In this document: positions 44,580 through 54,627 of the stretch, one piece after another
Layout of the letters: each line of letters starts with the position of its first letter
How positions within the stretch are numbered: the stretch's first letter is position 1
Source of the DNA: Rhynchopus sp. YZ270_cl-10
Lineage: Eukaryota
DNA length: 64,000 nucleotides
NCBI GenBank assembly: GCA_964035575.1
Contig: OZ037838.1
Span: forward strand, 310,001 to 374,000
Direction of reading: 5' to 3'
Translations under genes and position numbers: made by a program
Notes under the pieces: model-generated
Databases searched by the model: none
Seen by the model: the letters and a program-made list of their open reading frames with translations, nothing else
What the model was told of the DNA's origin: nothing

Positions 44580-47272
44580 TATGCGGTGTGGGTTTGTCTG
44601 TGATGTGGTGTGATTGATGAAATAGGGTGTGTTGTGGACAAAGAGAAGAGGAAGCCAATTGGGTAATCTAACCACAGCATGTCGCTTCATCACAGCGGTG
44701 GCAAGTGGCATGTGACTTCTGCCCAGTGCCCTGAATGAAAGCCCATAGAGTAAAACATTGGCCAGGTGATATGCATAAGAAGTGGAAGGCTTGTAGCTTT
44801 GTGGTGATTTGTGATTCCAGAACATAAGATGAAAATCTGAATGCGCTCGTGCGCACACATCCAAGACAAAGGGGGGTGTGCATTGGTCTCGGTTGGGGTG
44901 GGAGAGAAATTAAAAAAACAAAAATGGGTAGAGGGGGGGGGCTGAGGGGGGGAGCTGCCATTCTTTCTTTTTTGAAAACTTTGGGTATTTTTGTTAGTGT
45001 AAGACACCCCCACAGAGAAAGGGGGTGTGTTCTCCACTGAATCTTTTTTTTTTTTTTCCCCATTTCTTTTGTTTGAAAAATATTTTTCGGTGCTAAAAAC
45101 TAAAATACAAAAAGGGGGGTGAAAAGGGGGGGGAATCCCAAAAAGCAACAACTGTGTAGGATAGCATGTATGTACGTATGTACACATACTGGCACAACAA
45201 GAGATGACACAAGAAAAAAATCAAAAATAAAAACGAGAAGAAGAAAAAACAAGTAATTGCTATCGGAAAAAAAACGGGGTGTGATGTGGAACTCCATCCT
45301 GTAGAAATAATCTACAATAAGCCCAGCATTCTGCTCTTCTGCAGGTATGCTAACGCTCTTCGTACACTGCCAGACCCACTGGGACGCCAGCATCTGAAAC
45401 GTTCAAGAAGGGGGGCTGTCCTCTTCGTCCAGCACCATCTGCTCGATAGCGTTGTTGGACGCCCGCTCGGCCGGCTCGGCGTGGTCCAGCTCGTTTTTGT
45501 CCACAGGCTCCCCACATTGTAGTCGTCGTTGGAGCAGTGCGGAAGGAACACAGAATGCACAGACTACAACACATCGATCACACCAGCAAATCGCCAGGAT
45601 GCTACGGTGGTTTCGAAAATCGCGCGGAGTTTTCCACAGCACACCCGCTTTTTTCTTAGCAATCACTTGTCCTTGTTGTTATTGTTGTTTTCAACCACCT
45701 TCCTTCAACCCTTGTAGGATCAGTTGTTATTTTTTTCGCGAAAACATGAAATTACACATTTCAAGAGAACAAATTAAAAAGGGTCCTTATTTGCATTTTT
45801 GGGATCCGCCCGTGCAGTGGTGGGGTCAATCTCGAAAATTGGACAATTTTTTGACCACTTAAATTTTGAGAAATATGAGCCCGGTTGCTTATACGTGGGG
45901 CCCATTTTCGGCTAAAATTTTCCTCAAAATCTGGTTTTGTAAAATTGACCCTTTACTCCCCCCCCACATCGATTTCAATACTATACCTTACTTCACCTAC
46001 GGTTGCCCTTACAGGGGGGTGAAGGAAGGTAAGTTGAAAAAAACAATTGCTAAGGGTGAAGCTTTTTCCTTGGTGGTTGCGTGTTTACCCTTTTTTTCTT
46101 TGAATTTTTGGAAAATAAAAGTTAAGCCAAGATCTGCTGTGAGGCTTATCACGTGGATGGGGTTATGTGTACCCACATCGAAACAGAAGCAAACCGTAAC
46201 GGCAAATGTTTTTGTTTTTTGTTTTTTGATAAATTGTTGGAGTAGTGTAGTTGCCTCAGGTAGTGTTGCCACAGTTTGTGCAATCTCCACTGTCCAAAAG
46301 TTCACTCACTTTTTTTTGAAAAAAAAATTAACTATTCCCTTTTTAGGGAATGGAGCATGTACGGTCCTGGAAAGCTCCAAGAAGATAGAGTCAACGGGAC
46401 TAAAGAGGAAGTTGCCTTCCTAAACGTGCACACAGCAACAACTGACAAAAGGGGAGGTGTCGTCACTCACCTATATCATTGAAATATCATTGCTTACCAA
46501 TGGTACACTCCAATACTGTTGCCCCTGCCTTTTTTTTTTTTGTTTTTTGTGCTCAACAGAACCTCGCAGTTCATTAGTCCTGACAAAATAAATTCGTCGG
46601 ATCAAAGAAAAAAGAAATAAATAAACCGAAAGAGAGAACAGGTGCAGTCCTCTCTCAACTGAGGTAATACAGTTTGTTTTGTTTTGTTTTTAATAATCTG
46701 AAAACGACCAGCCACCATACAAGTGACCTGTACGCTTTTAAAAAGAAAATAGAAAAAAAAAAAATTCTACCAAAATAGGATATAAATGGGTGTCCGGAGA
46801 AAAGTCGGCCCGACTTTTTGGAAAATCAGAAAGTCGGCTGACTTTTTCGACTTTTCGATTTTGAAAAGTCGAAAACCAAAAAAAAAAAAAATTCGGCCTG
46901 CAATTGTCATTGCATCCGTCGGTCAGTTTTTCTTTTTCTTTTTCCATTTTTTTCCCAAGAAAACAAAGAAAACCACCAGAAACAAAGCAAAACAAACAAA
47001 CACACACACAGGGATGGAAATATCCACCCAATAACAGCAAATCGCGAAGGCACCGAAGAAGCAAAAAAAAATATATAAAAAAAGAGAGAGAAAAACGTTG
47101 GTAGGATGACCCTAAGCCCCGCCCTTCTCTTAGCCACCTTGAACTGACCATCGCCACCACCCCTTTCAAAAAGGGTGATGGTAACTTACAGAGAGAGAGA
47201 GAGAGAGAGAAATCGTTCTGCACGTAGAAACGTGTGGGAACGGTTTCCGTCCTTTTTTTGTTTTTTTCGTTG

Positions 47273-47303
<31 letters not shown>

Positions 47304-48395
47304 GGTTTTCTTCCTTGCTTTCGTATTTTTTGTTTTCTGTATCTATGTGGATCCCCCCCAGTGAACCGTTTGGGACCCCGCTCTGCCGTGGCAGTCGTGG
47401 TTAGCGTTGTCATGTTTGTCTGTAGCACACAAGTAAGAAGAGAGTTTTTTTTCGTTTTTTTGTGTCAAAAAAAAAAAAAAAATGGTAGGTATTGATGCAG
47501 GCACCTCCGACCTACGTATAGATGGAAGCCTCGGGTGAAAGCACAACACATCCGCACAATCCATAAAAGAAAGATGTGGGTAAACGGGGTGTTCAGGGAT
47601 TGGAGCTTCAGTGATAAGAGCATTGGAGGGGGTCATGAGGTCCGTACGTGTGATCAACACACACACAGGAGACATCAACAAGACAAGACTGCATTTCTTT
47701 GAAAGCTTTTTACCATTCCTTTTCAGGGAACGGAGCCGGGAAAGATGGTCAGGCTAAAGAGGGAAGCTGCCTTCCTAAACGTGCACACACAACTGGGAAC
47801 AAAAGAGGGGAGGGTGTCCCCACTGTATCATTGAAATAACATTGCTTACGGATTGATACACTCCAGTAATGTCCCTTTTTATGCTTTCTGATCAGAATAC
47901 ACAACACACACGGTGGCCTGGTCATGGGTTTTTTTTTTTTGACCCCTCAGGGACGGTTCATAATTAAAACTGAGCGGTAAATAAGTCAGTTTCGAGAACC
48001 AGTCACAAGAATGGTCAAAAATGAAATACCCCCCCCTTCTTTGTTTATTCGTTGTTTGTTGTTTGTTGATCGCATCCATCCTCGTCCGTACTTCAGGAAA
48101 AGCACACAGCACTTTTGGTGGTATTGAAATGCCCTTTGTGAAATCCGTCCGCACACTTTTTTTTTTTTTTTTTTTTTCAAACCCCAAAAGTCCCGAAAAC
48201 CCCGAAAAACCCGCGTCCTGAAGTACGGTGGAGAGGTGGAGCACAAGGGGGGAAGGGGAAAACGGTAAAACTCATGACCACCGACGAGCGCGTCTTTCAT
48301 TTCCAGACGTATTGCATACTCGTACAAAATGAAATACCCCCCCCTTCTTTGTTTATTCGTTGTTTGTTGTTTGTTGATCGCATCCATCAGGACCC

Positions 48396-50198
48396 TTAAT
48401 AGGGACGCGCAGCGCTCTCGAAGAGAGAAGTGATCGCCTGTAGCTGCTCGTTTGTCTTCGCTTTGTCTCCTCTGGTGAATCGGTCCGCTCTCTGCTGTTT
48501 TGTCCCCACGTGAGCGCACCTCAGGGTCATTCCGTTCTGCTTTGCCGCCGCAAACATCTCCGACAGAATGGCGTTCGCCGCAAAGTTGCTGCTGTGTCCC
48601 CGCTCAATGCAGAAAACGGCAGACAAGTTGTCGACCTTCATGTGTACAGTGCACGCGCTGGTGTATTTTGCCGCCAATAGCACAGACTTAGCTGCCGCAT
48701 ACAGCTCCTTCAGGAAGATTGAGGTGTCCTCGTGGCCTGCGCCGAACGTTCCCTGCGCAACCTTCTCGTCTTCGTCGTCTTCCAGGATTGCTGCCCACTC
48801 TGCTTTTGAGGCGTCTGACCACACTGTGATTGTCTTAGTGGGGGGTTGTAGGATCCAGCTGTTTGTCGTCATCAATGATATCCGCTTTCGCACTTCAAAA
48901 ATCACACTGGGAGGTACTTCGACATGTATGTCCCACAAAAGAACGTTCTGAAGTGTCTTCGAAGCCAGGTTTTGCACGAAGGTGATGGCTGCTGGTAATG
49001 TGCACAGTGGTGTGTGTGTTGTGTACGAATGCCACACTATGCATCCAAAAACTACGTAGAACTGGCGTGGCGTCAGCTTCCCCGTGCGCAGCGCGGCCAG
49101 TTCATCCTTCTGCACAAACTTTTCGAGCCATGCCGGTTCAGATCGGAATGTGTGTTTCTCCAAGTTAAATTCCACTCCGAATACGCAGAACTGTTGTGTA
49201 GGGGTACCGTACGTCGGATCGTCCATGTTGAGTTCGACGTTTGCTTTGTCGCATCGTTCGCAGAATGACGAAAATTGTGCCACCGCTTCCTCTCGGGATT
49301 GTTGTATGACGATGAAGTTGTCTATCCAGCAGATACCAAACTCTTCGGGCAATAGTACACGCGAGCAGCGTTGTGCAATCGCTGGAGCGAACGACCAACC
49401 CATCGCCAAGCAATTTAACACTGTCCTAGTGAATTGTCCCCGTTCTCCTGCGGTGTTGACACCAAAAAACGGTCGGATGCTTGCGTCTACTTCGATTTGG
49501 TAGAACCAACTTCTAGCGTCGGACAGAACGACCCAATTGCTGTTCACTATTCTGTGGATAACAGCCGTGATGTGCGGCAGTCTCATCTGCGGTGGCGGAC
49601 CCATCGACCTGTTCAGCTTTCTGCCATCCACCACGAATCGCAAACCCCCCGACTTTTTCTCCACAGTGAAGGCATGCAGAATCACTTCTTGGGGTGCAGA
49701 AGTTCGCGACAGGACGCCGAAGTCGATGAGGGTATCCAGATGTTGAGCCATGTGACGCGAGGTACCTCTCCTTATCCCAGCTTGCTTGTCCCAACCCTCC
49801 TTCAGGTGTGATACGAATGTTTCTCTCTTACGGATGATCTGCAGAATGTCTTCCAGCTCGTTCTCCTTGTCGAGGCTCTCCAATGTGTCTAAGCAGATGC
49901 GTCCTCTCGATATCGCAGCAATGTAGTCCTGGTCTGTTCCTCCTGCACGCGCCTCGGCGGGAGGACGAATGTTCGTGGCGCTGCTTCGTACGCATAGCGA
50001 GTTGTCGTACAGGCTCAGAAGCCCCGCATCCTCAGACGGTGATTGTGAGTCCTCCAATATGGTTTGTATGAAAGTTTGTTCTGAATCTGCGGGTAAATCG
50101 TCGCATGTTCCTTCTTTGTTGTGGACGGGGCTAAGGTCGTGGTTGTAATATCTTGGGTATGGTATTTTAAAAGCCTGCGGGATGGGTGCTTCATGCAC
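48396..50198 (-). CDS. Reverse transcriptase + RNase H of the YR retroelement (frame open from 50405)
   Basis: FTVEKKSGGLRFVVDGRKLN, LSDARSWFYQI, LAMGWSFAPAIAQ, WIDNF; RNase H VWSDAS, FLKELYAA, KVDNLSAV, RADRFTR. Confidence 0.93.
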   Translation of the reverse strand: MHEAPIPQAFKIPYPRYYNHDLSPVHNKEGTCDDLPADSEQTFIQTILEDSQSPSEDAGLLSLYDNSLCVRSSATNIRPPAEARAGGTDQDYIAAISRGRICLDTLESLDKENELEDILQIIRKRETFVSHLKEGWDKQAGIRRGTSRHMAQHLDTLIDFGVLSRTSAPQEVILHAFTVEKKSGGLRFVVDGRKLNRSMGPPPQMRLPHITAVIHRIVNSNWVVLSDARSWFYQIEVDASIRPFFGVNTAGERGQFTRTVLNCLAMGWSFAPAIAQRCSRVLLPEEFGICWIDNFIVIQQSREEAVAQFSSFCERCDKANVELNMDDPTYGTPTQQFCVFGVEFNLEKHTFRSEPAWLEKFVQKDELAALRTGKLTPRQFYVVFGCIVWHSYTTHTPLCTLPAAITFVQNLASKTLQNVLLWDIHVEVPPSVIFEVRKRISLMTTNSWILQPPTKTITVWSDASKAEWAAILEDDEDEKVAQGTFGAGHEDTSIFLKELYAAAKSVLLAAKYTSACTVHMKVDNLSAVFCIERGHSSNFAANAILSEMFAAAKQNGMTLRCAHVGTKQQRADRFTRGDKAKTNEQLQAITSLFESAARPY

Positions 50199-50203
50199 GA
50201 ACT

Positions 50204-51733
50204 TCAGTCTTCTAGGTGCAGGGGCTTCGACAGCAAAGTCGTCTGTTCGACCCGTTGCAGACCTCCTTTCGGCAAGTAGCGGATGAGACCCTCCACCGTG
50301 TCGTGTCGCGTGATCATCTGGATCTGTTCCAACGGTACTCTCTTGTTGTTGAGGTGGTGCGCCGCTCCTCGCCTTAGGGAGTGAGGAGTGAGGTTCTGAT
50401 TTACTCTATTCAACGATTTGCCTATTGTCCTGTAAGAGAGGTCTTTGAATAGTCGGTCGGAGCCCTTCGATTTCTTCATCTGACCCTTTAAAGCTTTCAA
50501 CATCGACGGAGCCATATCCATTCCTGTGTGTTTCCCGAGGCGGAAAGGGTCTGACTTCGTGTCGACCCAGTGGACCCCAATCTGTGCAGTATGGTCGTTC
50601 ATCGAAATTTCTTCTGCTTTGAGTCCCAACACGTCTGAGCATCGTGCTGCCCCTTGCCACATCATCGTCAACGCCAGCTTCAGCGATGGGTTTTTGGCTA
50701 AAGATATAGCCTTGCGTATCTCCTCTGTTGTCGCCGGAGGTGCTTGGGTCGTCGGCTTCAGCGCTCCCAATCTCCTCAGTGCCCGTTGGTAGTCGGCCAA
50801 CAGTTGCGAACCTTCGGTTCTCGTATTCGCCATTCGTTTCAGCGCTGCCGACGCTACGATTGAGGTTTGTAATGCTGCTGATGGGAGCATGTTTTCCATT
50901 GTTCGCTTCTTCTCTAACCACAGAATGATCGCCTCGTCGTACCCTAGCTCTGTCTTCATGTGTTGCTCCCAATTTGTTTTGAACTCGTTCAGACGGCGCC
51001 ACACGCTTCGCAGCTCCCCCATGTACGACCCCGATAACGCCTGTGACAGAGTGTGTTGCGCCTTCTCCATGACCAGCCGAGCTTGTTCTGTGGTGAGTGG
51101 CATTTCCTTCTGTCGTGGACGTCCGAGATGCGAAGGAGGTCTTTCTTCCAGCAAAGCGCTCAGGCTGAGGTTCCTCGGGGGCGCCGCCCCCCGTGAATTT
51201 TCTTCCCTGTTGTCGGGTTCTAGGGTTGTCTTCTCTTTTATCTTCTTCTTCGTCGCCAATATTCTGCCTCTGATCCCCAATGACCCCATTGTTGCCGGTG
51301 TTGTCTTGCTTGGTGTAGTGTTTTGAATTTTCTTCCCTATTGTAGTCATTAAGTTGTCGTCTTTTGTTTGGTATTGTCCCCGTATCGTGCTCGGTGTAGT
51401 GTTTTGAATTTTCTTCCCTATTGTCGCCATTAAATTGTCGTCTTTTGTTTGGTATTGTCCCCGTATCGTGCTTTGTGTCGTGTTTTGAATTTTCTTCCCT
51501 ATTGTCGCCATTAAATTGTCGTCTTTTGTTTGGTATTGTCCCCGTATCGTGCTTTGTGTCGTGTTTTGAATTTTCTTCCCTATTGTCGCCATTAAATTGT
51601 CGTCTTTTGTTTGGTATTGTCCCCGTATCGTGCTTTGTGTCGTGTTTTGAATTTTCTTCCCTATTGTCGCCATTAAATTGTCGTCTTTTGCTTGGTATTG
51701 TCCCCGTATCTTCCTTTTTGTAGCGTCCTGCAT
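50204..51733 (-). CDS. Tyrosine recombinase with N-terminal 27-aa repeats
   Basis: Catalytic set GAARCSDV (R), TKSDP (K), PHSLRRG (HxxR), TRH, IRYL (Y). Confidence 0.92.
   Translation of the reverse strand: MQDATKRKIRGQYQAKDDNLMATIGKKIQNTTQSTIRGQYQTKDDNLMATIGKKIQNTTQSTIRGQYQTKDDNLMATIGKKIQNTTQSTIRGQYQTKDDNLMATIGKKIQNTTPSTIRGQYQTKDDNLMTTIGKKIQNTTPSKTTPATMGSLGIRGRILATKKKIKEKTTLEPDNREENSRGAAPPRNLSLSALLEERPPSHLGRPRQKEMPLTTEQARLVMEKAQHTLSQALSGSYMGELRSVWRRLNEFKTNWEQHMKTELGYDEAIILWLEKKRTMENMLPSAALQTSIVASAALKRMANTRTEGSQLLADYQRALRRLGALKPTTQAPPATTEEIRKAISLAKNPSLKLALTMMWQGAARCSDVLGLKAEEISMNDHTAQIGVHWVDTKSDPFRLGKHTGMDMAPSMLKALKGQMKKSKGSDRLFKDLSYRTIGKSLNRVNQNLTPHSLRRGAAHHLNNKRVPLEQIQMITRHDTVEGLIRYLPKGGLQRVEQTTLLSKPLHLED
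51312..51710. repeat. 81-bp tandem repeat x ~5 at the start of the YR ORF
   Basis: IRGQYQTKDDNLMATIGKKIQNTTQST units; period 51361 to 51442. Confidence 0.95.
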
Positions 51734-51793
51734 TGTCTTCCCTGATGTCCTCCCGATAGTACTCCTGTTTTCTTGTATTTCTTCCCCTGTCAG

Positions 51794-52861
51794 TCAACGT
51801 CTGGGCCCTGCGTACCTTCTTAACTCCTTTCCCGTGTTGCCCCAGTAGTCTCGGTCGCGCCCCCTCGTATCGTCTCCTCCCCTGTCCCTGTCGTCTCTCT
51901 TCTCCTTGGCGTCCCTCCCTGAATCCCGCGTCTTCGACGGTACCTCTGCGTGCGGCTGCTTCTTGGCCGTGTCCATAATGCGAGCTTGGATGACTTTTGA
52001 GAAGTCATCCACCGCGTATCCCTTTGCTTTAGACTCGTACATCATCCTTCCGGCAGCATTAGCCCCAATAATTGTGGTCGAGGTGAGTTCTACTATGGTG
52101 TTGTGTATGGGCGTCAGGAACTTGGTTGCGGGTGGGTCCTCTGAGTCCTCGATCAGCGCCAGGGAGTTGTCCAGCGCCTCGAAGCATCTTAGGACGCCCT
52201 TTTGATACTCGAGTGCATTGTCAAAAGTGGGTAGGGTCGACTCCCTGAATGCCTTTCCTACCTTTTCCCTGATCTCCTTTCTGATGCGGCTGTTTTGGAT
52301 GTTTTTCCAGGTTGCAACAACATACGGCGAGAAATCAGCGTCGAGTGCCGTTTGCTGGGACTTCTTGATAAACTCTATAGTTTTCTTGAGACTCTCGTTC
52401 TCCTGCTGCAGAAAATCCAAACGTGCAAAAGTGTGCATGAAAAGCTTCTTAGCGGTTTCCGGAATCACTGCGAGGAGCCCTTCCACCGTGTCCTCTGCGT
52501 CGTCGTCCTCCTCGTCCTGCTGCTGCTGCTCGATCGGCTTTTCCTTTTTCACCTTCGTTCTTGGCGCACGTCTCCACGCGCACACCGGACACACCCATCT
52601 CTCTGTCTTCTTGAGGAAGTCTGTGATCACCCCTTCAGGGATTAGCCCCGTGTTCCGCATGCACGTCTTCGTGCACTGTCTGCCGCAGCCCATGCAGCCA
52701 AGGACACCCTTTTTGTGCATGACACCGCACGAAGGAAAAATGCACTCATCTTCGGTGTCCGGTTCCATTGCATTTGCTTTGGGTACTGGGGGTTTGATCT
52801 GATCCCAAATGACCTTATCCCCACCCGGCCAGCTATCCCAGGGAACAGCCACAGATGACAT
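51794..52861 (-). CDS. Gag-like ORF1 with PHD-like Cys finger and coiled coil (355 aa)
   Basis: ATG 52861 just after an A21 run; CIFPSC..GCMGCGRQCTKTC..WVCPVC; RLDFLQQENESLKKTIE; R/D-rich C-terminus. Confidence 0.8.
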   Translation of the reverse strand: MSSVAVPWDSWPGGDKVIWDQIKPPVPKANAMEPDTEDECIFPSCGVMHKKGVLGCMGCGRQCTKTCMRNTGLIPEGVITDFLKKTERWVCPVCAWRRAPRTKVKKEKPIEQQQQDEEDDDAEDTVEGLLAVIPETAKKLFMHTFARLDFLQQENESLKKTIEFIKKSQQTALDADFSPYVVATWKNIQNSRIRKEIREKVGKAFRESTLPTFDNALEYQKGVLRCFEALDNSLALIEDSEDPPATKFLTPIHNTIVELTSTTIIGANAAGRMMYESKAKGYAVDDFSKVIQARIMDTAKKQPHAEVPSKTRDSGRDAKEKRDDRDRGGDDTRGRDRDYWGNTGKELRRYAGPRR

Positions 52862-54511
52862 AGTTTTTTTTTTTTTTTTTTTTTCAAACCCCAAAAGTCC
52901 CGAAAACCCCGAAAAACCCGCGTCCTGAAGTACGGTGGAGAGGTGGAGCACAAGGGGGGAAGGGGAAAACGGTAAAACTCATGACCACCGACGAGCGCGT
53001 CTTTCATTTCCAGACGTATTGCATACTCGTACAAAAAAAAAAAGCCATGCTCAGACCACCATTTCAGCTAACCAGGCTTTGATTCTAACCTGACTTTTGT
53101 GCAATGACACGAGAGGTGTAGGTAGCGGTGGGTAAAATACAACAAGATAAGAAAATGCAGCTGTCATTCGGGGGGGGTGGAATAGGTTAACAGAATATGC
53201 CCCAGATCGGGGATATTGAAGAAAAGAAATAAATAAAAGAGAAAAAGCACACAAAAGCATGAGGAAAACAAAGAAAAAAAAAATCAAATAAAAAAATCCT
53301 GAAAGACGTGTAAGGCCTTGAGAGAGCGCAGTGCACGTTCTAGAGAAAAGAGGGGGAGAGAGAGAGAAAGTGAGTGAGAGGGGAAAGGGGAAAGGGAAGG
53401 GGGGAGAAGTGGCGGTAAAATTGTTTTATTTTGTATTTTTTTCAGCGCCAAAAGATGCCAAAAAAAATAAATCACACAAATGTGATCTTCTGATATTGAA
53501 AACTTGGACGCCCAAAAAAGGAGAGGAGGGAAAAAGAGAGAGAGAGATGGCAAGGTGAGCCTGAGCCTCACATTGCTGACACGGTGACCCTGTACCTGGG
53601 GTAACATGATATTTAAAAAAAACATGTTTTTTTGTGTTACTTTGAAATGCATGTTGTAACATGAGATTTACGTGTTTTTTGCCTGTATTTCATGCAAAAA
53701 GCATGTTCCTCAGCATGTTACCGTTTTGGCATGGTATGTAACAGGAAATGGGCCACATGGTCACCGTGTTCTCACCTTGAAAAAAACAACAACAACAACA
53801 TGATGACATACGATCTATGCACTGTTTGGCAATCAAAAATATAACAAAAAAAATGAGAGCCAAGCAGAAAGGGAAAAAAAAGGACGGAAAAAAAAAGGCA
53901 AAATGATAACAGCAAATAAAAATTGATATAAGACGACTGTGCGCTCTTGTGCACAGATCTTACAAAGAAAAGAAAAATCAATTGAAGATGATGTAATGGG
54001 TGCTGACGCTATCAAAAGAAAATAGCGCACACGTGGGGGAAATAGTTTTGGCCCTTTGAAAATGAAACGAAAAACCAAAGAAAATTGACTTGAAATACAA
54101 AGCCCTCTCGTGAACAGTGTATCTTTGGTACATGACTGGGTGCACCGGGTGGAACCCCCAACCTCAACATCCATTTCGAGGTTTACATCATGAAATATAA
54201 GGGGGGTGGGTTCGTTCCTTCGTTTTTTTGATAAATTGTTGGAGTAGTGTAGTTTGCCTCGGTTGTGTTGCCACAGTTGTGCAATCTCCACTTTCAATTT
54301 TTTTTGACTGGAACAGTACAGTTTCAGCTGGGGTTTAGCTTTTTTTCTTTACAGACTCTTCACTGTAAATGCACAGTGAACACAATTCGATTGAAAAATT
54401 TTTCAACTTCAAGAAAACGGACAAGCAACAAGAGGGTACATCCCACTCTCGTAACTTCTCCTTCACCTGAAGCAAACGAAAAAAAGGGGAGGAAAAAAAA
54501 GGGGTGCTTCG

Positions 54512-54627
54512 CAGGCCTCAGGCTTATTTTTCAGCAAAAATTTAGCCTTGGGGGGTGGGGTGGTGGCCCCCACCCCCCAAAACCAAAGTTGGCCTTAGCC
54601 ATACCCCCTCAGTTAGGCTGAGACCTG
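54512..54627. mobile_element. Mini-MITE (116 bp)
   Basis: caggcctcag / ctgagacctg ends; flanks ggtgcttcg / ggtgtttcg (9 bp, 1 mismatch). Confidence 0.6.

Larger units (their letters stand above)
48017..53036 (-). mobile_element. Tyrosine-recombinase retrotransposon (DIRS order; gag-YR-RT/RH order as in VIPER/TATE) with split direct repeats A1...B1-A2-B2
   Basis: A1 52864-53036 = A2 48157-48329 (173 bp); B1 48326-48388 = B2 48018-48080 (63 bp); three long ORFs; no TSD, both ends at A-runs. Confidence 0.93.

Noticed and set aside
44580..44864. 95-aa N-terminal extension of the PI-PLC-like ORF
   Set aside because: Looks like UTR/intergenic sequence; the signal-like segment starts at ATG 44579
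45290..45560. Short GC-rich coding-like patch
   Set aside because: Frames break and no family was recognised; may be an exon or pseudogene but cannot be supported
52862..52951. Extended gag start MLHLSTVLQD...KKKKKK
   Set aside because: GTG start inside terminal repeat A; the same reading occurs in A2, so ATG 52861 is preferred
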